DNA of 64,000 nucleotides from Raillietiella orientalis (Eukaryota). Position 1 is the first letter of the stretch, and each line of letters begins with the position of its first letter. Shown here one piece after another: positions 12,436 to 23,300 of the stretch. The DNA lies in assembly GCA_036172245.1 (NCBI GenBank), contig JAYWIR010000040.1, positions 992,001 to 1,056,000 of the forward strand. The letters are read 5' to 3'. The position numbers and the translations under genes were made by a program. The notes beneath the pieces were generated by a model. It had not been told where the DNA came from, did no database searches, and was given only the letters and a program-made list of their open reading frames with translations.

Positions 12436-15400
12436 CTACGTTGCCACCCGGTCAAGCCGGGACGTTTATCGCAAACTGACAACCATTGCAGTGCAAGGCC
12501 TTTCTGCGGCCAAGACAACAAGGGACCTGCCGGGTCGTCGGTACGCAGACCGACTTGACTCTCCACGGCATCGGAGGGGGATGGGGAAAAAACAAAAGGA
12601 AACATAAAATAAATAAACAATAAAATTGAAAAAACAATAGTTCTTCGAAGGGTCGGGAAGGGATCACGGTCCCTTTGATTCCATCTTTTGCAGGATGCGA
12701 CGAGGTGCTTCTGCCTGTTTCCCAGGTGGGACCATCGGGTTGCTATTCGCAGGAGGCGAACCGCGTACTCGATGACGTCCGTATCGTTTGCATCTTTTAC
12801 TTCGTCGGATCCACTCCAGGCCGCCACAATACCGCGGATTCAGCTGAGCGCTGCTAAGGCTGCGGCTCGCTACGGGGCGTCCCGCACGAAGAGGAGCCGA
12901 AAAACATCTCCAGGAGGGCTGCCCTCCGGGATCCCGAGGGTCGTCCCGAAACGTTCCAAAAGGGGCCGGAGGGCGACACTGTCAAGAAGCAGGTTTGCGG
13001 GGAGGATTCCCGTTCCCCGCACCTGGCACAGTTCGGATTCACTCGGCCCGCTACCTGCGAATCGCGATCGGCTGGTCCCATCTGGGAGCTATGACGAGGG
13101 ACCTCGAGGGCATCCTGGAAAGGATGGTCTCTTCCTCACGCGGGCTGTGATCCGTTGCCGGCCTTCCAAATAGTTTCTTTCTTTTTTTGAATGTTTCATT
13201 TTTTTTTCTATTTGTTTTACCCCCTATCCCCTCCGCTGCCTTGGAGAGTCAAGCCGGTCTGCGAACCGGCTTCCTGGCAGGTTCCGTGAACTATTGGCGG
13301 TAGCCGGGCCTAGAACCGCAAATCCAAAGTGCTTAGTAATAAACACACCGTGAACGGCGTGACCGGGTGAGAACGACCCGTGTCCAGTGGTGGCGGCGCG
13401 CGTTGCAGGGGAGACCCCAGTGCAACAACATAAGCGCCGACTCCAGCCACTTTAGGGGAAGGACCCTTCTACCGGTTATCACTGGTGGTCATCCATCGAG
13501 ATGCCGGGAAGCTCTCCTTATTTCTTCAGTCCTCGCGGTAGGACGCTCGGGGTCGTGGCGTCCGCCAGCTCTCCCCTGGTCCAACAGCTCATCAACTTTT
13601 CTCTGCCTGCGATACGGCAAGAGACTTGCCACCTCGGCATCCGGCTGCTAACGAGGGCTCTCCGTAGGAAGGGCTGCGCCGTAGCTAGTCAGGTCGTCTC
13701 TGCCCACGTCCTCCTGGCTGGACACTCCAGGATCTCGGGCGTAGCGGCTGCGTAGCAGACGATTCCACGTCTCGTGGCTGCTCTGATTCACTACCGCCCA
13801 CGTGCCAACTCTTTCTTCCAGACATGCGCTGGAGTTGCCGCGGCTGCAGATCATCCACCCGTTCTCCTTCGCCAGCGCGGCCGTGCGTCCGAGTAGAAGG
13901 CCGCATCTTCTCATCTTCTTGCCGCGGCACATAGGATGAGATGCAATTCCTCCCGTTCCGGATACACGGCTGACGAGAAGACGGGCCGGAACGCACCAAG
14001 GGGTGCTCCAAAACTTCGCAGCGACGGCCAACGTTTGCCATCGCAGCTGAACTTCCATCCGCTCCAACGTCAAGAGTTCTAGAGCGCCATCCCGACGTGG
14101 AGCACACAAGTCCATCAAAGGGACTCTGGCCACCCGTTTCCCCAAACGGCGATGCGCACGAGGTCCTTCGTCCTTTTCTTCATTTCCACGGGAACGGAGA
14201 AAACAAAAAGTAGGGGGCGAAGGATGGGGGCCGCAAAGTTTGCGTTCCATACCGCGGCCCGTTCCGGCAAGTGAGACTTGCCCTCCAGGAACGGGCCGAT
14301 CGCCAACTCCACTTTCTGGAGACGATCCGCCCAGGCTTCTGACGGGCAGAAGTACCCCTACGGAACACTAAGGTACTACAAGTACCCGCCCGCACCCTCC
14401 TGCACCTGCAGCCAGCTTCTGGCTCGTGCCCCAACTTCCGCTCCCTCTGCTCGTTCGGCAAGCGCTCATGTGGTCGGCACGGGTGCGCCCGCTTCCTTTC
14501 GTGACGGAGGCGTTCCTCGTCCACGCAAACCGGGTCGTTCGTAGAGCTGCCCTCGGGCAGATGCAGCAGCATTGCTTCCGTGCTCACGGGACCAAGGACG
14601 TTTCCGAAGAAGCGGTCGATCGGTCAGCAACTCCGCAAGTGGTCGACAGCCGCCCACTTAATGGATTCACAGCCGTCCTCGTGCCTTCGCAACCTCCCGA
14701 CGCTTCGATGGTGTCGCGACCATCGACTTGCGGCTCATCCATCACACGGAACGGCTCACCGCTCAGCTGCTGTCTTTTCCCTTTCCTCCTTTTCTCGTTC
14801 CTGCAGTCCTCGGGAGAGGCAAACAAGCAAGAATCAGCCAGCGATGCTCCCGGTTCGCCATTTTTCCGCCAGCCTGCTGGCGTTTTGCTGAGAATCCTTG
14901 CGAGTCGGCCTCCGCTCCCCGCCGATCTGCGCGCGCGTGGCACCCGCGAGTGACGCGAAAATTCGCGCGCACCCCAAACGCGAAGCGTCGCGCGCCTCCC
15001 GCGCATCAGCCAATCAGGAGGCAGATTGGCATCGCACGCGAGCGACCTGCAGCATCCGATCGGATGGGCGATGCCGAGACTTCCTAGGCGGATGCGTCGT
15101 GGCGAAGCGCGCAGGCGGTTTTCGTCCGGTTGCTGGACCTCAGGATAGGCACCTATACTTGGATTATTTCAAGACATTAATGCACGTGATACGCACGTAC
15201 ATGGAGTTGTTGTGATCCCTCATCCAGTGTGTACCTACAAAGCAGCCAACAACTCGTTGGTATCACCACTCCCTAGAAATCCGTCTGTGCAAAGAACGTG
15301 GCTGTCACCAAGATGCACGTCCCTCAAGCTGGTGAAGATCTGAGCATGGTGAAATCAATCTGTAGCTGAATGTGCGTGGAATCAGCGCGCCTTCCTTTGA

Positions 15401-18400
15401 GTGTCGACAGCTTTCGGGATTTTTGATGGGCAGCGATTCGCGAGCGTGCGGCCGCTTCCGATGAAAGTGTCCCCGACGGGGAGCGTCCGCGCGTTCCCTT
15501 CGACTTCCGACTTCTCTCGCGAGGCACGAATGGCTCCTTCGCCTTCCGCAGCCGCTTTCTCGACAAGCGCGCCTTCACGCTCGCCAACCGACACTCCCAC
15601 GATCGAGTGGGATTCGCCGCAGTGGCCGATCCCGCTTTCCTGAAGAAACCATGCCGCGACCCCATTCGTGCTGGGAACTTCCCCACGAACATAGTTTCCG
15701 AGCGGGAACGGAGGTGCCTGGGAAGCGCATGCTGCTCCCAGCATCCCGAAAGGTGTTCCTGCTCGGATGGAGTGCAACTCCGGAATGACGTCAGCAAAGT
15801 GCGATGCCGACTGCAGGACAACCCATAATCCCGTAAGCGCGCGCCTGACCTGGATGCGCACCTTGCGAAGAAACCTTCTTCCGTCCGCCAACGGGTAACG
15901 CGTGAGAGGTTTCCATCCACTCTTCGCTAGCCGCCCACCCTAAACGGGTCGTCCACTTCTTTGCAGAGGGATTGGCGCCAAAGATTTGCATGAGGATCCC
16001 TAACTTGGCGCTTGGTCCGCAGTAGCACCGGTGGAGACTGTCGCGGAAGGTGCCTTGTGCCTTCCAGACCGTCCGGTGCAAGGGAAGCAAAGGAATTGCA
16101 GGATCAGTCGATGCAGGGGAAGAACGGGATAGGAAAATCAAGAGGCGTTCCAACGTGCGTCACAGGAGTTGAACGAACTGGTCTCCATTTCCGCGGAGCT
16201 GCAGGCATTCCCTCCCGTCGCCCGTCCCGGCCGTGTCTGATGTTTCCCATCTCCCGGCGCGTCTGGATGCGGATTCCTCTGTATCGTTGCAATCCGTGCT
16301 GAGTGCTGCTATCGGTGAGTTCCGGCAGCTTTGTGGATTGGCGCACCTGCATTGCTGGGAATGCACTTTTTATTTATTGTGCGAAGATGTAGCTCCTTGG
16401 GAGTGAGAATTCCCACGACTTCATCTGCTGTCCATCGACCCCGGAGAAGCCGGACGTGCGATCGGGATCCGCTTGACTGAGGTGTTCCTTCGGTGTCCAT
16501 TCAGAGCTCGCGTTCAGTCGCAGCCCCAATGCGGTCCAGAGAAGTTTCACATCTAAAGCTCGAACCGGGTCGCAGACATGTATGCTTCCGAAGAATTCCA
16601 CACGCTCCGGGAGCCTGAACATCTCCTGCTTGTAGCTTGTTACCATGGCGTCGTTATCCCCACCCCTTGCAGCAGAATTGGCCCCTTGCTGACCACCAAC
16701 TGCAGTCTTCGACGCTCGGGCAGCCTGAGCCGATGTCGCATCAAGCATTTCCGGTCCTCAAGAGACGCTCATCCTTGCTAGCGGGCTCATCCTTCCGAGG
16801 AAGGCGTTATGCAGGAAAGGCCACGCCCTCGCTTTGTTCTCGGTGACCCGCTCCCGCTCTGCAGAGTCGATGCTCGGTGTGTTGATCCCCTGGAGATGCA
16901 CCACTTGCGAAAGCTGCCGTCCCATGTGAGCTTCTAGCACGCGAGATCCGACAGCAGCAAGAAAGGGGGGGTTCTCCCTCGTTTCCCCGAAGTGACTGGA
17001 CGCGTCAAAAGAGAAGTTTGCAGCGTCTGCCGCCACTCGCACGTTGAGACGAAACCGTCAACGGAATGAAGATGGTGAGCTTCCATCCGCAGTACCGGTG
17101 ATCCACGGAGGGCACATCGAATCGGTTTTTCTCGTCCTTCGATGTCGGCTGGCCGAGAGCGTCCCGTCTCCGACGGTGTCCGGGAGTGCACCGCGCTCGC
17201 AGGACCGTGTGTCGGCGCAACCCACTACCGGAACCCAACATCCGCCAGGGAAAAAAGCGCTGAACGGTGGACAGAGGAGGCGAACGCCTTCTACTGACCC
17301 GCGACAATTCCTCGAATGCACTTTGGAAGGTGGGGGCCGAGATGCCGTTTTCATCAGGAAGCGAATCCCTTCCGCTCCCTCGTTCGGATGCCCGCTTCCC
17401 TTGAGCGGCAGGAAGGCGCTCAGCAGCTCGGTCGCTCTCTCAGGAGGAGGACGAAGAAGTGCGTTTGACAAGACCGAAATCCCTCGTGCGCAGGATCTCC
17501 AGTGGGTCAGATCGGAAGTGGAATGCAAGTCGCCGGCCAAGGGTCGCAGGGAAGCCCTTCTCTCTGTCAGCTGTCACTCCTGACAGCATCCCTGCAGTCC
17601 CTCGTCGCTCCGCAGTTGCAGATGCAGGCGGCGAACCTGTTTTCCTCTGGGTGCTGAAGAAAAAAAATGCCCTGAGAGACGTCCGAAAGCGAAGCGGCCG
17701 CCTCGGCGGACTTCTGCCTGTGGAAGGGAGAATCGACCGTCCGCACGAGGACGGCATCCCTTCGAAATTGCGCGGGGCCAATCGTTACAAGGGTGAAGAG
17801 GAGGAGCACTGTACGGCGACCACCGCAACGGTGAGCTGGCAGTAGGGACGAGGCCGAAAAAATTCCTAAAGTGAGCAAAAGTGCAGCGACCTTCTCCGCC
17901 GGCGTCGGTGGTGCCCATGCCATGGCGTTCGGTGCGTCGGCGTTTCACGAAGGAAGAGAATCACGTAGGCCACCATTTCGTAGCGCTTTATCGGCGAGAC
18001 GAGTGCTGCATTTCTCTCGCGGAGCGCTGTATCACCCACGCGAAGGAAATTCGCACGCTGAGATGAGGATCTCCATCGAGGGTGGCTGCGGAGCGAAATG
18101 TCACCGGACGGCTCCTCGGGAACACCTCCAACGTACAACACACTTCTGTCCTTCTTTCTTATGGAGGAGTGTTTCGACTCGTCGGCGATTTCCGCCAGTC
18201 CACGACAAACGCTTCTCACCAGGGGAATTGTGAAGATTCTGGTGGCTGGGTTTGCCGCCAAACTGCCGCAGGAAGATTCGCTTCCTCGTGGCTTCCTTGA
18301 ACCCGACCTTCCACATCGGAGATTCCCTTGCGGGAAACGGCAGAGAAAATCTCGGATGGACGGATGAACGAGGTGGCCGCTGCTTTCGATCCTTCCTGGC

Positions 18401-18892
18401 ATTTTCCGTGGTTCCGGCAGCTGCAGTCATCTTGCCAGCCCATGCTGCGCGCATCCGCGCCGTGGGCATTGCTTGCCTCCTCCGACACGAATACCGTTTC
18501 CTCCCGGATCGTGCAGCATCCACTTTCCAGACGTGAGATCGTTCATTGGGGCGCGCCCAAGTTCCCCACTGCCCCGTGACCACCTGGACACGGCGTGAGT
18601 CCAAGCAGCTGCCCATCCCCCCTCTCCGGTTCGGCACAGGTCGTAGTGTCGGCGGAATAACGACGCCGTGCGTCCGGACGACCTTCACACGCACACGTTT
18701 CGGGTGTTTCCGGCTCTTCACCCGATTGCTGGTCCATTCGCGCCACGCGGGACCCCACCGGAACACCCTCTCGTCTCTTCGGAGCCATCGTAGAATCGCC
18801 CGGCCATCGATGGTGCGAGCGTGCCAGAAGGTGCCAGGGAAAGAGTGCCAACGTCTGCAAATTCGCTTGCAGTGTTTGCGCGGAAGGACGAG
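12436..18892 (-). mobile_element. Near full-length degenerate L1/Tx1-like non-LTR retrotransposon
   Basis: ORF1 starts MAPKRR (~18788). APE remnants at ~15700-16380 (CYCGPS, SRSGARLRDY...SRHR...GCWEQ). RT remnants at 14050-15100 (MPICLL, VNPLSG...GV, *YLSVP, LCAPRRDGALEL). Zinc-binding C-terminus (LLHWGLPCNARR...NPNCARCGERE), then a structured 3' UTR. Many stops and frameshifts. Confidence 0.7.
13048..13376 (+). mobile_element. 5'-truncated 3' end of a related LINE inserted antisense into the zinc-finger region of the 12436-18892 element
   Basis: Encodes RYLRIAIGWSHLGAMTRDLEGILERM*, homologous to CFLRRATRWPHLGRLVKDLEGNLETM* of the 27.3 kb element. Followed by a T-rich tract, the hairpin UTR and AATAAA at 13338. 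Confidence 0.75.
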
Positions 18893-19059
18893 TCCTTCTC
18901 GCTCGGCGATCCGCCTCCCGACGCAGAAAACTCCTTACTTCTGTTCCTTAGAATACAAAAAAAGGAACGGTTGTCGTGTCCACAGATCCTTAAACTCCGG
19001 ATGAAAACTACGACTTGTATTCCCTCTCCGTTTTCAAGAAAACCAAAAAGTTACAAATT

Positions 19060-19600
19060 CGTAATCAGTTAGGGAGCATGACACTGAAAATGGGCCGAAC
19101 GACATTCTACATTTTTAGGCCCGCAGAAGAATTCAGTAGTCCCGGTCTTCTGATAAACTTTACGTGAGTGAAGGAGCAGAATGACACCAGAGCAGAACTG
19201 GAGCAGATGTCCGAGATCAAAATCACTAAGGAAACGAGTGCACATAAAATCAAGCATTCGCAGGTATTCGCTTTGAGATGACGTCCAACGTTCTCACCTC
19301 TTTACGCCACAGTCCACCAAAAGTACTGTGCCTCCACATTGGCGAATCATGTACCTGATTTGGCGTACTGCGAAATTTCGAGGGCGCATAGCCCTTAGGG
19401 GGATCGCGCGAAAAAACGGCATCTTTTTTGTGGCGACACGGAAACAGCTTGCCCTCTGGAACACGAACGAAGAGATTCCGCTTCCCGCTTCCGTACTGTT
19501 CCATAGACCTTTGAAAACATTTTAGTCTCACTGTCTGCAGCACTCCCGGGCGGTGTCCGCGATTTTCCTCGAAAGAGGACCTCACTCTTCCAAAGTGATT
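19060..19600 (-). mobile_element. Diverged LINE RT fragment related to 94-560 and 31014-31500 (mirror at ~58080-58620 +)
   Basis: Collinear shared blocks TTTCCTTAGTGATTTTGATCTCGGA and GTACGCCAAATC; peptide VRLKCFQRSMEQYGS vs LRLENLERALEQFGS. Confidence 0.55.
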
Positions 19601-20397
19601 TCTGCCCCTCTATAGAGGAAAATCAACCCATTTATAGCAAGAAAATATGATTTCTGTGATGCGAATATGGTGTAGCTTGCTCCGAGACTCACGAAAGACA
19701 GCTTTAGGGGGAACAAGTGATGCTGCTCAAAAGATCAAATACGTGTCACAACGCATAGCACGAAAAACGTGCAATTCAGGGTACGCCGAACTTGATATTC
19801 TTAAATGCAGAGTTGATCCCTTAAACAAAATAAAAACAAGAAAAACAAGAAAGAAAAGTTCGAAGACATTGGAAAACAAGGTTTTGAATGCAAAGAGGCT
19901 AGTCAACATACTTGAAATATGAGATACATTATATCAATGGAAAAATAGAATTCCGAATTCCCATTTGTAATTCCACGAAGAAAGTGCTCAGCTTGAGAGA
20001 TGCGCGCGATCTGAAACCGAATTCTGTTTGTGATTTTTCGCAGGAATCACGAAATACCCATCTTTTTCCTCGGTGGCAGAAGGTCCTTTTTTATCTTTCT
20101 TCCAACCAATCCACCTCTTTGCTAAAAAGAAGTTCGAATCAGAGTGGAATTTCGTCATCAGAAAGATGGTTTAACATATATTCAGTCTGTTATGGTAAGA
20201 ATGCCTCATGCATTTTAGAGATTCGATTCCGAGCTTCACAATTTGTTACATTTTCGTGCGCCGTTTCACAATCCCCCCAAATCAACTAGTCACCCTAAGT
20301 ATTAGTGCTTGGACTATTCGAACTGTTAGATTCGATCGCGAAGTCTTTCGTTCCACATTTGGCCGTTTTTTTGCCTTGTTACTACAACGGAGTGGAG

Positions 20398-23300
20398 ATG
20401 ATTTCAGTGGATTCCAAAACTGCTAAAAAACTTCCTGGTTCCTTTAAGAGGAGAACATCTGGGAAGACTGTTGTTTTCGTTTCAGTTGGTCCGCGGAGCG
20501 CAAGCAGTTTGGAGGATAGGGTGGGTGTGCTTTGCTGAGAGGTCCCACCAACTGTTCGGTTGCAGGAAAGCCAACGAAACGGAAACAGTATGAATTTTAC
20601 TGATTCCGCGGAGAGATATTCAAGAGATTTGATAGTTGATGTAAGTGCATTGCAGACGTTTTTGTAACATTTGGAGCTTGTCTAGCAAATTGTGTACTTC
20701 ATGCTGTACGTTTGAAGCATGTACATCACAAATTGATGCATAAGTGACGATTTCTGTGGCTGGCTGTGTGTTTCGTTGATACTTGTGTCTGCCATATGTA
20801 AAGTTGCGTAGGACTAAGGTTGCCTGTAATGTGTGAATGCAGTGCATGCTTTCATCGTTCAAGTGTCATGGAAATTCCGTGCTGAAGCGTAGCAAGCAAG
20901 CATCCCTTTCCATGCATGATCATTCCCTTTGTGATGCATGTATCCGATTCTCGAAATCATGGGCGGCACACGTATCGTGAGGCCTTTTGTCGGCAACATT
21001 TCTGTACTCTTGATCGTGTTGTTCATGAAAATGAATCGGTGGTTGGTAGAAGAAGATGATTTCATGTTCATTCCAAGTATTTTACAAAAGTTTGCCTTCT
21101 CTGTCCATTGCGTGAATGCTCTTTGCACATGTGAATGCCAATACTTGGCGATTGTCTCGACCCATTCTTTAATCCGCATTCGATTCACCAGAAGTTGCCT
21201 TTTGTGATTTGAGGTCTTTGCAGTAGGTCCGGCATCCCGAATGGTGTGCTCGTTCTATGAGTGGGTCTCTTGTAGGTGGTGCGTTTGAAAACAAACCAAT
21301 TCCATTTCCACGACTCGAATGGAAACAGATGGAATACATAAGTCTCTGTTTCCCTGTCAAACTACGGAAACGGAGTTTTTTTGGAACGGTGTGCATTTGC
21401 ATGAACGAAGCCGTGTAAGTGCAAGCAGCACTGCTTTCCTCATCGTTTCTTCGCTTTTTGCAGAAGCGTTTCTGATTTGTTTGCATAGCAGGAAGCATTT
21501 ATTGTGTCTTTCGAAAACAGTCGGTCGTATTGGTTCCCAGGAACAGCGTTGTCTTTTGCTAACTTGTTGGCTACGTAAGGGTGTTCTATGTATCTGAACT
21601 GTGTGATTGTGAGGCACCAAAAAATGAGGAGGAGGAGGATTCCTCCAGATGTCATGAGGAAGAAGAAGTAGTACCTTTTGTAGAAAAAGGTTTGTTGATG
21701 CATTGTGCTTTATTGTAGGTTGGCTTCCTTCATAGGAAGTTAGAAGCTAAAACTGAGGCTGTCATCATCTTGACTGAAGATCTGGAAAAATGTCACGTGG
21801 AAAGGGATTATTACAAAAATTTGTGCAAGAAACTGACCCATAAAATCATGGTAAGTCTGTTTTATGTGCAAATTGTGATCGATGGATTTCTAGTAATGAG
21901 CCATCTTAGTTTTATTGCGAATTTAGATCAAGGAAGTTCCCCACCTGAATAGCATGGATCTGGAAGACTCACAGAGTGAAGAGGAAGAGCCCAGTTACAA
22001 TTTGAAGTTTGAAGTGAAAAATTTGCGTGAGAAACTTCAAGAGGCACGTGGAGACATCAATGTGAGTACAGTTTTATGAATGGTATGCAAGCCAACACAT
22101 TGTGTTGCCAAGCAAGTGCTTTCCTGTGTGGTTGATTCGCATGTTCCCTCACTTTGTCAGTTTTCTTTATGTACTGGGAAGCCTGTACATGCCTTCAAAG
22201 TGAAGGAAACTCTTTAGGATCACATGGATAGGTGCAAGCACTTTCACAGATGCTTCCGTCCAATTTTGCGGATTGTGAAAGTGTGATGGATGGTAGCTTT
22301 CGTTTCTAGGTGTTTGGGTTCATTAGGAGAGGACGAAAGTTTAGTTTTTTGGGAACGCATGTAGTGCTAATGGCTGGCATGCAAGTGTATTGGAAACATT
22401 GCACGCTTGAGTCTTTCCATAGCTGCTGCACGAATTTTCTTTGCTGCATTGATCACTGAAAGAATTGTTCACGTTTGCAGTTTTTGCATTTTGATTTTTG
22501 AGCTGAAGCATTTCCCTTGCACACTTGAACTGATTGCTGGTAACAAACCAGTGAATGAGTTTAGTGTAATGTTTGGAAAAAAGAATTTCCATTGCTGCTG
22601 CATGGCTTGGGATTCGTTTTAACTTAGGACACCTAGTGATCCTATTCAGTCCACAATAGTGATTGCTCCCAAGTGAAAATTGGAAGCGTGCATCAATTGT
22701 GTCATTACTTCATCAAGTTGTGTATTACCTGTAACTGACAAGCATCATTGTGTAATTGATTGTTTGTTGACGAGTTGCGTGGAAAGGATGAATTCCTGGA
22801 AAAGAGGAAATCCCCACGAATCAGTGAAATCATTTTTGCTAATATAATATCTCTCACACCTGTTGCGTGTTTGCTGGAATGTGGGGGAATATATTGGGAT
22901 GAATGTGGTTGAAAAAGTGGAAGGGCAGGAAAGCTTTCCCAATATTAAGGTGAAGGTTGGATCCAGCAACGATCGTAGTTTGGAAAATGTTTTGCAGACT
23001 CGGGGTTTCATCCTGTTTTTTTTCTTTTTTGTATAGATATTGCGAAACGAATTGCATATGTACAAATCTTTGGATCAGGAAAAGGTGGTTTTGAATTCCG
23101 AAAATAGCATCAAAGAGAAAGATATGCTCCTGAAGCAAATTGAAAGACTTCAGCAGAAGGTATGTTGTTTTGTGTGTATTTTTTATGCAGTCTTTGATTC
23201 AGTGTTTTGCATTGGAGAACGATGTATCTTCCCTGTTGGATGAAAAAGAAGAACTGATTAAAGAAAAGGAAGTGTATAGAGAAAAAGCCACCCGACTGAA

